A DNA stretch of 64,000 nucleotides, taken from contig NW_024055852.1 in assembly GCF_902713615.1 (NCBI RefSeq), positions 742,920 to 806,919 of the forward strand. Reading direction: 5' to 3'. This stretch comes from Scyliorhinus canicula (taxonomy: Eukaryota). The position numbers were made by a program, and so were the translations under genes. How positions within the stretch are numbered: the first letter of the stretch is position 1; every line of letters starts with the position of its first letter. The notes beneath the pieces were generated by a model. That model saw only the letters and a list, made by a program, of their open reading frames with translations. It had not been told where the DNA came from and searched no databases. Shown here in pieces: positions 11,972-25,092 of this stretch.

Positions 11972-12470
11972 ATGAGGAACCATCTCGCTTCGCTCCTCAT
12001 CATTATCCCACTTTTCAGTAAGTATTTCCTTCCCAGTAAAACCCCATTCTCTTCCTGACTGCAGTAACCCAGGTGTTGGTAAAATGACAGAGATTATTTT
12101 GCTGATGATTGTATTCCTTAATGTGATGCTGACTCTGATTGTCTTTATCGCTGTTACCTCTGTTAGAATGGAGCCACCAAGATACCGTGGAACAAAAGGA
12201 ACCTGAAATAACGCTTGAAGAGGAAAGGAATGTCACATTAACCTGCACCTTGAAAACAAGCGATCCTAACCTCTATGTGTACTGGTACAGACAGCAGCCC
12301 AGGAAAGCTCCAATGTACATGCTTCAATTTATTGGACTGACTGTGCAAAGGAACATTGACCTTGATATTCGGTTTTCCTCTACGGTTGATAAAAAGAACA
12401 AGACTACCGAGCTAACGATCAGTAACACAATGATCTCAGACAGCGCCGTGTATTTCTGTGCTCTGATGCC
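11972..12470 (+). CDS. TCR alpha/delta-type V gene segment, open (family B; leader 11972-12017, V exon 12167-12470)
   Basis: Leader MRNHLASLLIIIPLF, GTAAGT donor, ttag acceptor; VTLTC, YVYWYRQQP, RFSS and DSAVYFCALM. Confidence 0.92.
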
Positions 12471-12510
12471 CACATTGCTACAGAGATATGGGGGACCCCG
12501 TACAAAAACC
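12471..12510 (+). promoter_or_regulatory. RSS with 24-nt spacer
   Basis: CACATTG + 24 nt + ACAAAAACC. Confidence 0.85.
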
Positions 12511-14112
12511 CCACACTGGCAGTTCCAGCTACAGCTCAGCAGGGGGAGCCCCCCGCCATATTGTTCACTTTCCATAGTGAGTGTATCAACAATTGTAACA
12601 GAACACAACTCCCAAAAACATAAATAGTGAGACCCACCTGCACAGTTATACCAGTTTATGATTACAACTCGCATTCATAACAGATATTGTATTGATGAAT
12701 CTATCTGCGGTACCTTAACTCCTGCTTCTTGTTCTTATCCTGGTGCACAGACTCACTCACTCAGTAAACTATACAGACTCCCTCACTCAGTAACATATCA
12801 GGTCTCACTGAGTGACAATACATGCAGCAACTTAAATCACTTTCGAGGGTTTTCACACAATAACATCTGCCAAGGGGTGTCACAGGAACTATGAACATAT
12901 TCGGTCATATGATCACAAGTTTGGTCAAAGAGTTTGGTTATAAGGAGAATTTCAAAGGAACAATGACTGTCCTTCCTATGAGGGACATAGATGGGAAGAA
13001 ACTTTTCACCTTAGTAGATAACCAATAGGCATAGATTAAAGATAAGGAGTTGGAGATTTCGAGGGGATTTGAGGAAAAACGTTGTCATCCAGCCGGTGGT
13101 GGGAATCTGGAACTAACTGCCTTCACCTCCGACTTTAACCACTCCACCATCGCTGGCCGTGCCTTAAGCTGCCTCGACACAAAGCTCTGAAATTTCCTCG
13201 CTAGACGTTTTCACCTTCCACTTAGAGTCATAGAGCCATATGGCTTTACAGCTCAGAAAGAGGCCCTCCGGCCCAGTGTGCATGCGCTGGCCATCAAGCA
13301 CATTTCTATCCTAATTCAATTAACCAGCAGTTGGCCCATAGCCTTGTATGCTGTGGCGTTTGAAGTGTTTATTGAAATGCTTCTTAAATGTTATGAGCCT
13401 TCCCGCCTCTACCACTCCTTCATGCAGTGAGTTCCAGATTCCCATCACCCTCTGGGTAAAATTGTTTCCTCAAATCTCCACTAAATCCTGCCCCTTAACT
13501 TAAATCGCTGCACCCTGGTTATTGACCCATCTACTAAGTTCCCTCCTATCTACCCTATCTATGCCCCTCATCATTTTCTTACATAAATATCAACATTAAG
13601 GAAGACGGTGTCTAAAAAGCTGCAATTTAGATTTTTGAGACACATTTGTGGCTCCGTATGTATTTCGGTAAATCCTTAATCAACTCAACATCCGAATTCT
13701 CAGCTTTGACAAAGGGTCACTCAGACTCGAAACGTTAGCTCCTTTCTCCCTCCACAGATGCTGCCAGACCTGCTGAGATTGTCCAGGTTTTCAGATTCCA
13801 GCAATAATTTGCTTTTATTTACATTATCGATCGGCAAGTCGATTTGTATTCAAGCCTAAACCCGGCATCATCTGCTCCCCATGTTACGGACTGATAATGC
13901 CAGCCGTGTTGTGAGGTGAATTTCTGCTATTGTACATTTCATGTGTTAAGTATCGCAGGAATTTTTTTTTTTGGGTCATCGCGAATCGCTCTTGAGGGGG
14001 AAGTTAAGAGTCAACCCCATATCATTACTCTCGGTGTCTGCATTTCTAGTCCAGTGACAATACCACATTGCCACCGCCTCCCCCTGATCCATTCTGCATT
14101 TCGTTACATACC

Positions 14113-14200
14113 GGGTGTTGAGGAGTCGGTGTCCCTGGGCTCAGCTGAGTTAAGGCTTCTGGAAGAACAGTCCGTACTTTTCGGCTATACTAACTCCACA
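14113..14200 (+). pseudogene. V relic, family C
   Basis: EESVSLGSAELRLLEEQSV resembles DSVSQDSPELMVLEGQAV of the 23558 V; same cassette position as 9083 and 18016. Confidence 0.55.
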
Positions 14201-14415
14201 TGTGAGATCTTCCCTCTGCTGCGTGGTGGATATTCCGGGGTTAAAGGTGCTGTAAATATCGCAGCATGATAAGGCACAACATTCTCCAAACTGTTGATCG
14301 GCACAAGGGCGAAAGCATTAAAAAAACCTGGTAAATACACCTGACAGAGTTCGAACAGCGGGGATCAAATTCTTCGCGCATAATGAAACTTAGTAGAGCT
14401 GTACAGACTCGCTGA

Positions 14416-14454
14416 GGTTTTTGTACGGTGCTCGAGCTGCTATCTAACGCTGTG
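14416..14454 (-). promoter_or_regulatory. 23-RSS
   Basis: CACAGCG + 23 nt + ACAAAAACC on the minus strand. Confidence 0.9.
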
Positions 14455-14949
14455 CCTCACTGCACAGTAATAGACCGCCCCGTCCCCCACACTGAGGGCG
14501 CTTATACTGAGGGAACCGTTCTGTTTAGACTTGTCAGCAACCGCCAGATATCGTCCTGAAACTGTTTCTTTCTTCAATGCTAGGTTGTTAGTGATGATCC
14601 ATCTCGGTTGTTGTGCCGGTTTCTGCTGATACCATTGCATGAAGTCCATACTCTTATCTGTATATTTACAATTAAACTGCACCGAATCCCCTTCCGATGC
14701 GGTTAGTATCACCGGTGACTGAGTTACTGGATCTGTGCATATTCCGCCTGTGAAGGTAGAGGAATTAAATATCAACTGATGAAAACTTGCCAGTATCTGA
14801 GAGTTTGTGAAACCTCCCAACTGCGCATCATATCGATATTTTCGAGTGCAATTATATTGCCGTCGATCTGTATTAATATGCTAATCTGCCTCGATGGTTA
14901 CTATCCAGGACTTACCGTGCCACAGCGCCGCCAGTATTATCAGAAACAT
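14455..14949 (-). CDS. TCR alpha/delta-type V gene segment, open (family A; leader 14949-14916, V exon 14747-14455)
   Basis: Leader MFLIILAALWH, GTAAG donor; DPVTQSP, VQFNC, MQWYQQKP and DGAVYYCAVR. Confidence 0.92.
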
Positions 14950-15356
14950 GTCAGACTGAATCTCTCTCAAAGATTGTGAAGGAGAGAGGGAGCCCGGGCT
15001 CTGCTCAGCTCATTGAAGGTGCGGAGGGTTGGAGGGGAGCAGGAGTCTATTGTGACCTCACTGGTCCCCCAGCCAAACAGTCTTCAAAGAAAACATCACG
15101 TGGGTTTATGACGCCCGTGCTTGAATTCGGCGCCCTCTGCTGGCAAATTCTGTTAAATCGAATTTTTCTATTGAGTGGGTTCAGGGTTTGCTGCAAAACA
15201 TACCAAGATTCGAATGCAACCCAGCAATCTAAATTGGAGCTGTTTAGATACTGTCTTTGTTACTGTTAATGTTTATGCCTGAAAACTATGCTAAATCTCC
15301 GGAAACCATTGCTGGAATCTTCTGTCTCAATCCAGGGTATGTCAAATATTCAAAGG

Positions 15357-15412
15357 ACAAGACGACCGAGCTAACGATCAGGAGCACAATGATTTCCCAC
15401 AGCGCCGTGTAC
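15357..15412 (+). pseudogene. V relic, family B 3' part, abutting a SINE
   Basis: KTTELTIRSTMISHSAVY matches KTTELTISNTMISDSAVY of the 12167 V. Confidence 0.7.
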
Positions 15413-15417
15413 GTATG

Positions 15418-15735
15418 TGGGCGGCACGGTAGCACAGTGATTAGCACAATGGATACACAGCTTCAGGGTCACAGGTTCTATTCCCGGCTGGGTCACTGTC
15501 TGTGCGGAGTCTGCACGTTCTCCCAGTGTCTGCGTCGGTTTCTTCCGCGTGCTCTGGTTTCCACCAGAATTCAAAGATGTGCAGGTTAGGTGCATTAGCC
15601 GTGCTAAATGCCCTCAAAGGTTGTTTTAGGTTGAGGGGATGAGGTGGGATGTGTGCTTGGGTGGGATGCTGTTTCCAGGGGCATTGCGAACTCGATGGGC
15701 CGGGTGGCCTGCTTCTGCACTTTAGATTCTATGAT
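15418..15735 (+). mobile_element. HE1-like V-SINE with CR1/HER1-type TTCTATG tail (representative of about 18 SINE copies in the window)
   Basis: tRNA-like head GGCACGGTAGCACAGTG..GGTTC.ATTCCC, core GGTCACTGTCTGTGCGGAGTCTGCAC; other copies near 6160, 20095, 21445, 24160, 26857, 28920, 34810, 35430, 36740, 37570, 40020, 49985, 50290, 52140, 55770, 56325, 58703, 60300. Confidence 0.85.
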
Positions 15736-16079
15736 TGTACGAAATAGTGGCAGGGAGGTTCAGTTGTATCAGATCCCTTCTCGCTGGAGGGAAGTGTCTT
15801 CCCTCTATATTGTTCTCAGTGACTTGAGCAGTGAGCAGGTGCAGGATGGTCAACTGTCGCTATTTCCCCTCCCTCACTTGCGACTGCAGCTGCTAACCGC
15901 CGCACATTTTGAATCAACTTTGAGTCTGCAGTGTCACCGGTCACAGTTTCCGTTTGTTTCTCTCGCTCCAACACCATTGTGATATTCTAGACATTGCTGT
16001 CGCTGCTCGATTCCTGTCATTGGTTTGAGCAGCCGTGCATTGGCCCCTGAATCTGTATTTCTGCTCTGACGGGTAATTT

Positions 16080-16420
16080 CCTGAGAGTAGCAAATTCAGG
16101 AATTATCGCGGGAATCGCCTCTCCTCATCATCTCATCTCTCCTCATCACTTCTCAGTATTTCCCTCACTGCAAATCCCCCATTCTCCCCTCACTGTGTAA
16201 TCTGATATCACTGTTAAGTAAATAATAATAATGATGATGATGGGGGTGGCCTTTATGCTGGTCAATATGAGGCCGATGCTGAATTTTATTTTTCCTGTTG
16301 GTTTCTGTCTGTCTGGAGTTACCAGGACCCAGGTGAACAGCGGGGAGGTTGAAATAAGGGTTGAAGAGGACAGTGACGTCACACAACCGTTCACAGTTAA
16401 TACAATAGATCCTGACAGGT
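16080..16420 (+). pseudogene. V relic, family B leader, intron and 5' exon
   Basis: Follows a copy of the family-B promoter block; EIRVEEDSDVT..TVNTIDP resembles EITLEEERNVTLTCTLKTSDP. Confidence 0.6.
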
Positions 16421-16599
16421 ACAGTGAGCATCCGGGTACCCTGCACCGTTCATGTTTCATCTGATGGGAGGGAAACTGCGCAGCAGAAAGGGATAGATGA
16501 TCTTACTATGACTCACATACAGATAAATAAATCCCTGTACATAAGTATATCTTGTTACCGACCGAGGCACAGCACTGTTGAGCTGTCTGGCCGCATGAA

Positions 16600-17137
16600 G
16601 AGGTAGGATCTACAATGGTGTAAACAGCTCAATGTAGCAGCAGGATCAGGGTACTGACGACCAGAACAGGCTCTGTTTATTTCAGCAGAGCCGGTCAATC
16701 CTCTGTTTGCCAGCGATACTCGGGTGAAAGGCAAAGTCAGTAATATTGGATCCCCACACCCCACCCCGTGACAGTGCAGCAAAAATCTGTAAGGACGCGA
16801 CAAATACAAGGCTGTGGCGGACCTGGGCGTTCATGACTTAAGAACATAAGAACTAGGAGCAGGAGCAGGAGGTAGGATCTACAATGGTGTAAACAGCTCA
16901 ATGTAGCAGCAGGATCAGGGTACTGACGACCAGAACAGGCTCTGTTTATTTCAGCAGAGCCGGTCAATCCTCTGTTTGCCAGCGATACTCGGGTGAAAGG
17001 CAAAGTCAGTAATATTGGATCCCCACACCCCACCCCGTGACAGTGCAGCGAAAATCTGTAAGGACGCGACAAATACAAGGCTGTGGCGGACCTGGGCGTT
17101 CATGACTTAAGAACATAAGAACTAGGAGCAGGAGTAG
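16600..17137 (+). repeat. Tandem duplication, 2 x 269 bp, including a CR1 3' tail
   Basis: gaggtaggatctacaatgg starts at 16600 and 16869; copies near-identical. Confidence 0.92.
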
Positions 17138-17776
17138 GCCATCTGGCCCCTCGAGCCTGCTCCGCCATTCAATGAGATCATGGCTGATCTTTTGTGGACT
17201 CAGCTCCACTTTCCGGCCCGAACACCATAGCCCTTAATCCCTTTATTCTTCAAAAGACTATCTATCTTTACCTTAAAAACATGTAATGAAGGAGCCTCAG
17301 CTGCTTCACTGGGCAAGGAATTCCATAGATTCACAACTCTTTGGGTGAAGAAGTTCCTCCTAAACTCAGTCCTAAATCTACTTCACCATATTTTGAGGCT
17401 ATGTCCCCTAGTTCTGCTTTCACCCGCCAGTGGAAACAACCTGCCCGCATCTATCCTATCTATTCCCTTCATAATTTTAAATGTTTCTATAAGATCCCCC
17501 CTCATCCTTCTAAATTCCAACGAGTACAGTCCCAGTCTACTCAACCTCTCCTCATAATGCAACCCCTTCAGCTCTGGGATTAACCTAGTGAATCTCCTCT
17601 GCACACGCTCCAGTGCCAGTACGTCCTTTCTCAAGTAAGGAGACCAAAACTGAACACAATACTCCAGGTGTGGCCTCACTAACACCTTATACAATTGCAA
17701 CATAACCTCCCTAGTCTTAAACTCCATCCCTCTAGCAATAAAGGACAAAATTCCATTTGCCTTCTTAATCACCTGT
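17110..17776 (-). mobile_element. 5'-truncated CR1/HER1-type LINE
   Basis: ORF 17383-17772 (LVRPHLEYCVQFWSP, RMRGDLIE) and TTCTTATG tail. Confidence 0.88.
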
Positions 17777-18015
17777 TAGTGAACTACTTCTGGTAGTTTT
17801 TAGCGCTCACCGTGAGCCACCGTGAAGCAAGTCCCGTATCTGAGTGACTCCCTAGCAGCAGGCAATAGGTGTTTTCTAATGAAGCCTAAAGCAGACACCA
17901 TGGTCCTACATGATAATAATAATGTTGCTCTGTGATGTTCTGTTGAAATTCTTATTCTGAATTTCCTGTGTTAAATACAACAGCAGAGTTTGACTCATTC
18001 TCTGTTTTATTCCAG

Positions 18016-18110
18016 GGGCAGGCTCAGTGGGATTGGGTTCATCTGAGTTAACGGTTCAGGAAGAGCAAGCTACAATTTCTGGCTACATTATTTCCACAGC
18101 TGAGAGCTGT
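18016..18110 (+). pseudogene. V relic, family C
   Basis: ttccag acceptor then ggctcagtgg..tcatctgagttaacggttc, matching 5455-5490. Confidence 0.55.
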
Positions 18111-18344
18111 TATTAACCCTGCTGGTAGCCCGGTATTTCAAGTTTTAACTTAGCATGATCATCGCGGCGTGGAAATGTGTGTCATGATTTCCCAAATTGC
18201 TCCTCCGCTGACCTGTAGAAGAGCAGAGAGACCAATATAACGATTTGACAAATACACCTGGCTGTCTTCGTGAATCCAGAATCAAACAATTTCCGGAGAC
18301 AGGAGCAGGAAAGCAGTTTTAGTGGAGCTTTAAATACTCGCTGA

Positions 18345-18383
18345 GGTTTTTGTACGGTGCTCTATCTGCTTTCTGACGCTGTG
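18345..18383 (-). promoter_or_regulatory. 23-RSS
   Basis: CACAGCG + 23 nt + ACAAAAACC. Confidence 0.9.
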
Positions 18384-18898
18384 CCTCACTGCACAGTAAT
18401 AGACCGCCCCGTCATCCACACTGAGGGCGCTGATATTGAGGTAACCGTTCTCTTTAGACTTGTCAGCAGCCGCCAGATATCGTCCTGAAACCACGTCTTC
18501 CTTCAGAACAAATACATTGGTAATAATCCAGATTGGTGGCTGTGCCGCTTTCTGCTGATACCATTGCATGTATTCCATACCGGAGTCAGTATATTCGCAA
18601 TCTAGCCGCACCGAATCCCCTTCTGTCACGGTTTTTGTCATCGGTGACTGAGTTACTGGATTTGTGCTTAGCCCGCCTGCGAAGGTCGAGAAATGAAACA
18701 TCAATAGTTTAAACATAATTGATCGAAATGTGTTTGTATGTGTGTCAGTTTGTGGAAACTCAACTCTACTCATCATCTGGATATTTCTGATCGTTAATTA
18801 TATTAAATGTTATTGCAATCTATAACCTGCTAATCTGGCTTCATGAACATTATCCATTACTTACCCTCCAACAGCGCCGCCAGTATTAACAGAAACAT
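18384..18898 (-). CDS. TCR alpha/delta-type V gene segment, open (family A; leader 18898-18865, V exon 18676-18384)
   Basis: Leader MFLLILAALLE; NPVTQSP, VRLDC, MQWYQQK and DGAVYYCAVR; paralog of 14455. Confidence 0.92.
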
Positions 18899-21800
18899 GT
18901 CTGACTGAACCTGTCTGAGTGAATGGGAATGGAATGAGGCAGAGATTGAGAGGAGAGAGGGAACCCGGGCTCTGTTCAGCTCATTGTTCCACCCACACAA
19001 GCCCATTGTGACATCAGTCTGGCCGCAACACCTATTGGTTTTGACAATGCCGTCACGGAACTTCATCATCCCCATGTTTGAAGGTGGCGCCCTCTGGTGC
19101 CGGATTAGTTTCATTTCTGTTGGAATGCAGCCATTGAATGGATTGAGGGTGTATTGAAATACACAAGAAAACACGAAAATTTCCCAGAAATCTAAACTGG
19201 ATCTGTTAGGAAGCAGTTTTTACGAATGTTGATGTTTATGTCAGAAATGGATACTAAATGGAAGAAATCTTTGCTGGCCGTTTCTTTCCAAATCCTGTGC
19301 ACGCCAAATGAGAAGTAGTGTTAGATGTTGGATAAAGTGCGGATGTCAACTATTTAAATATTACCAGGGACGAGAGCCGTTTATGCAAAAGAACGTTGGC
19401 TTCATTTACTTGTAACAAAGGAGGTGGAAGGAAGTCGCAAACGTTTTACTGAAAAATATGCATTTTCGATAGCTTGATCGTCTGTAATTGTTCCCATTGG
19501 CAGCAGATCCAATGACAAACGATCCGTTTTGTGGGCAAAATATGACAGAGAATCATGTATTTATTAATAATATTCCGACTTGTTAACATCTGGAACACGA
19601 CACGTAAAATTTTGAAAGAAGATTGAATGGCAAATTTCAAAAGGGGATTGTCATAATCTGAAAAGAGAAAACAATGTGGAAAATGTGGGATGTGAAAGAC
19701 GATTGGGACAACATTTACAAATAGGCACGTGTACGGTAAACCGAATTCTCGTTCCGTTCCCTAATTTTCTATATTTCTGGGCGATTCATGTCAGTCCCCC
19801 GCTATTTGTTCTCACTCAGTTGAGCAGTGAGCAGGTGCAGACTGGTCACATGCCTCTAGAGATTCAACAGTCGCTATTTCCGCTCCACTAGTCTCGCCTG
19901 CAGCTGATACCAGCCGCATAGTGTGACTAATTTAGAGTCTGCGGTGTCCCAGGAAGCATTTCCGTTTGCTGCACTCATTCTGAAACGATTGTTCTGTTGG
20001 ACACATTGCTGCACATGGTCCATTCGTGACATGGAGTAGGTCAGCAATTCAGTGGTCTGGAATCTTGTATTTCTGCTCCACCTGATCACTTCTAATAATA
20101 ATAATCTTTATTGTCACAAGCCAAGCTGACATGAACACGGCAATGAAGTTACTGTGAAAAGCCCCTAGTCGCCACATTCCAGCGCCTGTTCGGGTACACA
20201 GAATTCAGAATGTCCAATTCACCGAACAGTACGTCTTTCGGGACTTGTGGGAGGAAACTGGAGCACCCGGAGGAAACTCACACAGACACGGGAGAATGTG
20301 CAGACTCCGCACAGACAGTGACCCAAGCCGGGAATCGAACCCTGGCATCTGGGGCTGTGAAGCAACAGTGCTACCCACTGTGCTACCGTGCTCACAATGT
20401 ACTGAAGAGGGACTAATTCAGGATCCGTCTGGTTCCACTCCTCAACATGATCTTACTTCTCAGAAAATATTTCCCTCACTTTAAAACTCAATTTTTCCCT
20501 GACTGATTTTTCTCTCTCAAATATCACTGATTCTACTTGTTTGTCTAATAGTCCTATTTTTCTCAAATCCTTGGAGCACTTCATATTTCATTTCAACTTT
20601 TGTAATTTACCACAATTTCCTCTTCAGTTACCTCATGGGACACTACGTGCCTCTTACCCCTCCTATTTGGGCTGTGTGCAGTTAAAATGGCAGCCAGAAG
20701 CTGGTCTCCTCAGAAACCCCGGAATTAACACACAGTAACATTGGCTTTTTCTCATCACTGCTTCCATGTGATAGACTGACCCCTAAAAGACAATGTACAT
20801 GCCCTTGTCTTTAAAAAACAATGAAGTCCTGATTCCACACAAGAAACCTGAGATCTTTGTTTTTTTCGAAGCATCTCTTGGTCCTCTATACGTGATATGA
20901 AACTAAGCATTGAACAAATAGCATCGAGCGTAGTTCAGTTGACCATTCGAACCTTCAGTAAGGTGACCAATGATCAGATTGGGGCTTGAGGTCCAATTTC
21001 CTTCATGACCTTCAAAAACGGGAACTCGTTTGAAAATCAGATGCTTTCTTAGAGATCAAAAGCGACATCGGTTTTTTTCCAATCAGGCACAGTTGAAAAT
21101 GTTTACCTTGAAAAAGCAGCAATGGCGGGAAGAGAGAAAGTCCCTGAATTCAGTTTCTCGCATAAACCTCAGGAATTGTCGTACTGGTTTGGAACCATTT
21201 TCCAATCTTTTTGACAAATTGCTGGATCCAATTAAAGAATTATCTGCATAGAGTCATCCCTTATTAATATTTGTGTAATTTGCAATATATGGAAAGCTGT
21301 CACTTGATTACAATAATGGTCTGTCTACCAATGTTTGTTTTGTGTTTGCATGTCTATGTGTGTGTGTGTTTGTGTGACAGAATGTATGTTATGTGTGTAT
21401 GTCTGTGTGTTGGAACTGCGTGCGTGTATGTGTGCATCATTGCCTTCCGTTTAGGCACACTGTTGCTTCACACTGCTAGGGACTCGTGTTCGATTCCCGG
21501 CTTGTGTCACTGTCTTTGCGGAGTCTGTTCATTCTCCCCGTGTCTGTCTGGGTTTCCTCCGGTTTCCTCCCACAAGTCCCCAAAGACATGCTGCTAGCTG
21601 AAGTGGGCATTATGAATTCTCCCTCAATGCACGTGAAAAGGCGCCGGAGTGTGGCGACTAGGGGATTTTCACAGTAACTTCATTGCAGTGTTAGTGTAAG
21701 CCTACTTGTGACACAAATAAAGATTATCATTATGTAGAAATATCTTTAATTTACGAACAGGTTATAAATTCTCCAAACACATATTTACAGTTTTTCATGT

Positions 21801-22003
21801 AAAATGAGCAGAAAACACTTTCCAATACCTGCACCTGTTTCTCTCGACTTTTTAATGATTTAGATATATTTGAAGTCAGACAATTTCTCTCGGCTTTTTA
21901 ATGATTTAGATTTATTTGAAGTCAGACGATCTCTGGGGTTTAAAAAGTTCAGACCCCCCCCCCCCCCCTTCCTACGTCATCTCTCACTTTTATCACTGCG
22001 GCA

Positions 22004-22347
22004 ATGTTTTGTACGAGGTTCCCCCTGGTTCTGTCACTGTGTCTCTCAGTCCGCAGTAATACACCGCGCTGTCAGACAGCCGCAGCTCCCGCATGCTGAA
22101 ATTCCCCTCACTCCTCGAAGTGTCCAAAGATGCTGAAAATCGACTACCCACACCCACTGCTCTGGAAACATGTCCATAATTAGGAATATAGATCCGGAAT
22201 GAGGGGGCTTTGTCCCGGTCCCGAGTTACAGCTGTGAATAATATGAAGCAGCAATGATCGAATAGATGTAGATAGTAGTCACCGACTCTCCTTCAAACTG
22301 TATCAATGTAACCGACTCCTGTGAGACTGAATCTGCGCCACTATGAC
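22004..22347 (-). pseudogene. V pseudogene with RSS
   Basis: Exon 22347-22042: DSVSQESVTLIQFEGESV, first Cys and Trp lost, TAA plus frameshift, then RFSASLD..LRLSDSAVYYCGLR; CACAGTG 22041-22035 + 22 nt + ACAAAACAT; CRE TGACGTCA upstream at 22753-22760. Confidence 0.88.
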
Positions 22348-23213
22348 CTGCACAAATTTAGAAACAAAGGGTATTTAAACAAAATATCATTCTGTTATAT
22401 CAATGTTATCAAGGTGCCGGCATATATTGCAAGTATGGAGAAATAACAGTTAAATGGAAGATTGCCATGCCAGTACACCATGAAAGGGCAGGTTTTGTAA
22501 CTTGGGCTCTAACCTGTTAAGAGAGCCGCAGCTGTGAGTAATGAGTAAAAAGTAACTCACAATATGTTCACCTTCCGGTGGCTTTGAATTTAATGAATTT
22601 CCCTGAATTATTTTAAGTCAGAATTCAGAAGCTCCGATCTTTCTGTCGATTGCCTCATTCCTGACACTCAACGGGTGACACCCAATCAGATCACTCTTCT
22701 TTTATCCTGCAATTCATCCAATCAGCGTAAAGTTCCTTTGTTCGCCAACACATGACGTCAGAGGAATGCACATGGAGCCACTTGGAACTGTTCTCACAAC
22801 AGCGAATTCGACAGAAGAACAAAAGAGAATAAAATGTGGATTTCGAGTGGGCCATTCGATTCTTCGAACCTACTCCGCCAATAAGGTCGTCGTTAATCCA
22901 TTTGATATCCACGTCCCTGCGTTGTCCCCAAATTCCTCACTTATCTTCATGTCTGCAAATGTATCGATATCCGTCTTGAAGCAGTTCAGCGACTCATCAA
23001 CAACTATTGTCTGATGTATCCAATTCGGAGAGCGGCTCGGTCACAATTAAACCGACGAAATAATGGCATTTTACATAGACCTACACATATTCAGCAACAT
23101 TAAAAGGGATTGTTCGGGTAAGCTGGTGTTTCGAATGCGCTTTTGGTTATATTAACAGTTCACAATCCAGGTTACAGATCTGATTCAGTGAGAGGAGGTG
23201 AGAGTGCCTTGTT

Positions 23214-23251
23214 GGTTTTTGTACAGGCTGACTTGCCTCTGAAGCAGTGTG
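23214..23251 (-). promoter_or_regulatory. RSS with 22-nt spacer
   Basis: CACACTG + 22 nt + ACAAAAACC. Confidence 0.88.
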
Positions 23252-23698
23252 GGTCTCAGAGCACAGAGATACACGGCGGAGTCAGAGACACGGACCTCGA
23301 CGATCTTTAACTGAACGGTTTTCTTGTGTTTGCCCAAATCAGCAGAAAAACGGTCTGGGACGTCTGAAGACTTATCCCACTGTCCCTTTCCGTAGATCTT
23401 CAGCAAATATCTCGGAGGTTCGTCGGGGTATTGGAGGTACCAGAAGAGAGTTGGCATAACGCTTTTAGTTGTGTAATTACAGTTCAATATTACCGCCTGT
23501 CCTTCCAGAACCATTAATTCAGGCGAATCCTGGGAAACTGAATCTTGGCCTCTGGTTCCTGTAACAACATATAGAAGGTGTCAGAAATCTGGGAGTAAAT
23601 ATAACCCATGAAATACAGACTGAGGATTTAAGCTCACGCTCACCGGGCAGCAAGACCTGCAAGACCATTATTATCAGTAAAGCACACAGGGAGCACAT
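23252..23698 (-). CDS. TCR alpha/delta-type V gene segment, open (family C; leader 23698-23644, V exon 23558-23252)
   Basis: Leader MCSLCALLIIMVLQVLLP, GTGAGC donor; VILNC, LFWYLQYP, DRFSA and DSAVYLCALR; CRE TGACGTCA at 23853-23860. Confidence 0.92.
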
Positions 23699-25092
23699 GG
23701 TTCCTGATTGGTCAGTAAACAGCGACACTGTTTCAAATATGTTGTTGTATCGAGCTTTATGTTGAAGAGTAAACTCAGATCAGAAACAAGTTTCAACTAT
23801 TGGAAAGATAAGGGACGTTTCTCAGTCCCGCAATTGGTTTTTCTCTCATATATGACGTCAGCTGTGGACCAATTGCTGTCCGTTGAGTATTAAATAGTGT
23901 TGGCTCCCACCAATCACATTTCACCCCTTGATGTGTTTGTCTGTCTTTCTCATTGCGTTGCTCTGTCTCAAATTATCAATCAGTCTGCCTCTTTCTCGTT
24001 TGAACTCACTTTCCTTCGAATTCAATGTCTTTATTTTCCTTAAGGTAGACTTTTCACTCGAAGTAAAATGAAAAGTAATAAAATTCAAAATCAGTTCAGT
24101 GAACATAAATTAGTGAATTCCGCCCAACGGATGAACATAATGAATAATTACTGCTGTAATTAATAATAACAATCTTTATTACTGTCACGAGTAGGCTTAC
24201 ATTAACACCACAATGAAGTGACTGTGAATATCCGCAAGTCGCCACACTCCGGCGCCTGTTCGGGTACACAGTGGAAGAATTCAGAATGTCCAATTCACTT
24301 AACAAGCACGTCTTCCTAGACTTGTGGGAGGAATCCAGAGCACCCGGAGGAAACCCATATAGACACGGGAAGAACGTGCAGGCTCCGCACAGACAGTGAC
24401 CCAAGCGGTAGTCTAACGTGGGGACTTGGCTCTGTGCAGCAGAGCCAACTCTGCCCAGTTGAACCGGGAATTATTATTCACCCAACTCCAAACTCCAAAC
24501 TCCAAACACCGATGCCGTTCCACTGGGCTCACTGCAGTCCTGCTGAAATGCTGATTTCACTCAGTCACTAATTTACGCCGTTAATACATTCGGACAGAGA
24601 TGAGGAGATTTTTTTCTATCAGAGGGTTGTGCGACTTTGGAACTCTGTCTTAGGAAGCGGTGGAGGCGCTGGGTCATTGAACATTTTCAAGGTGGAGTGA
24701 GATGTATTTTTGTGGGGTAAGGGAATTAAACATTATTGGGAGTAGATGGGAATGTGGAACTCGGTACAAAAACAGATCAGGCGTGAATTTATGGATTGGC
24801 GGAAAGGGCACGACTGTCAGAATAGCCAACTTCTGCTTCTATTTCGTATGTACGTTATTCACCTGGGAGGTCTGTAGGTGTGTGCCTCAGGGGGCCAGAA
24901 AATTATTCAATTTGATCCTGGATGAAAATGATCGCCAGATGTCACATTTCTCAGCTCCGGCAATCATTGACCTCAAGGAGACATAAACGTTAAAAAGAGG
25001 CTGTATTGACTTGTTTATTCTTTCTACATTTTCTCTGGGATACAACCCCACGTGTTATCCTGATACTGAAACCTTGATTGTCGACCTGCTCC

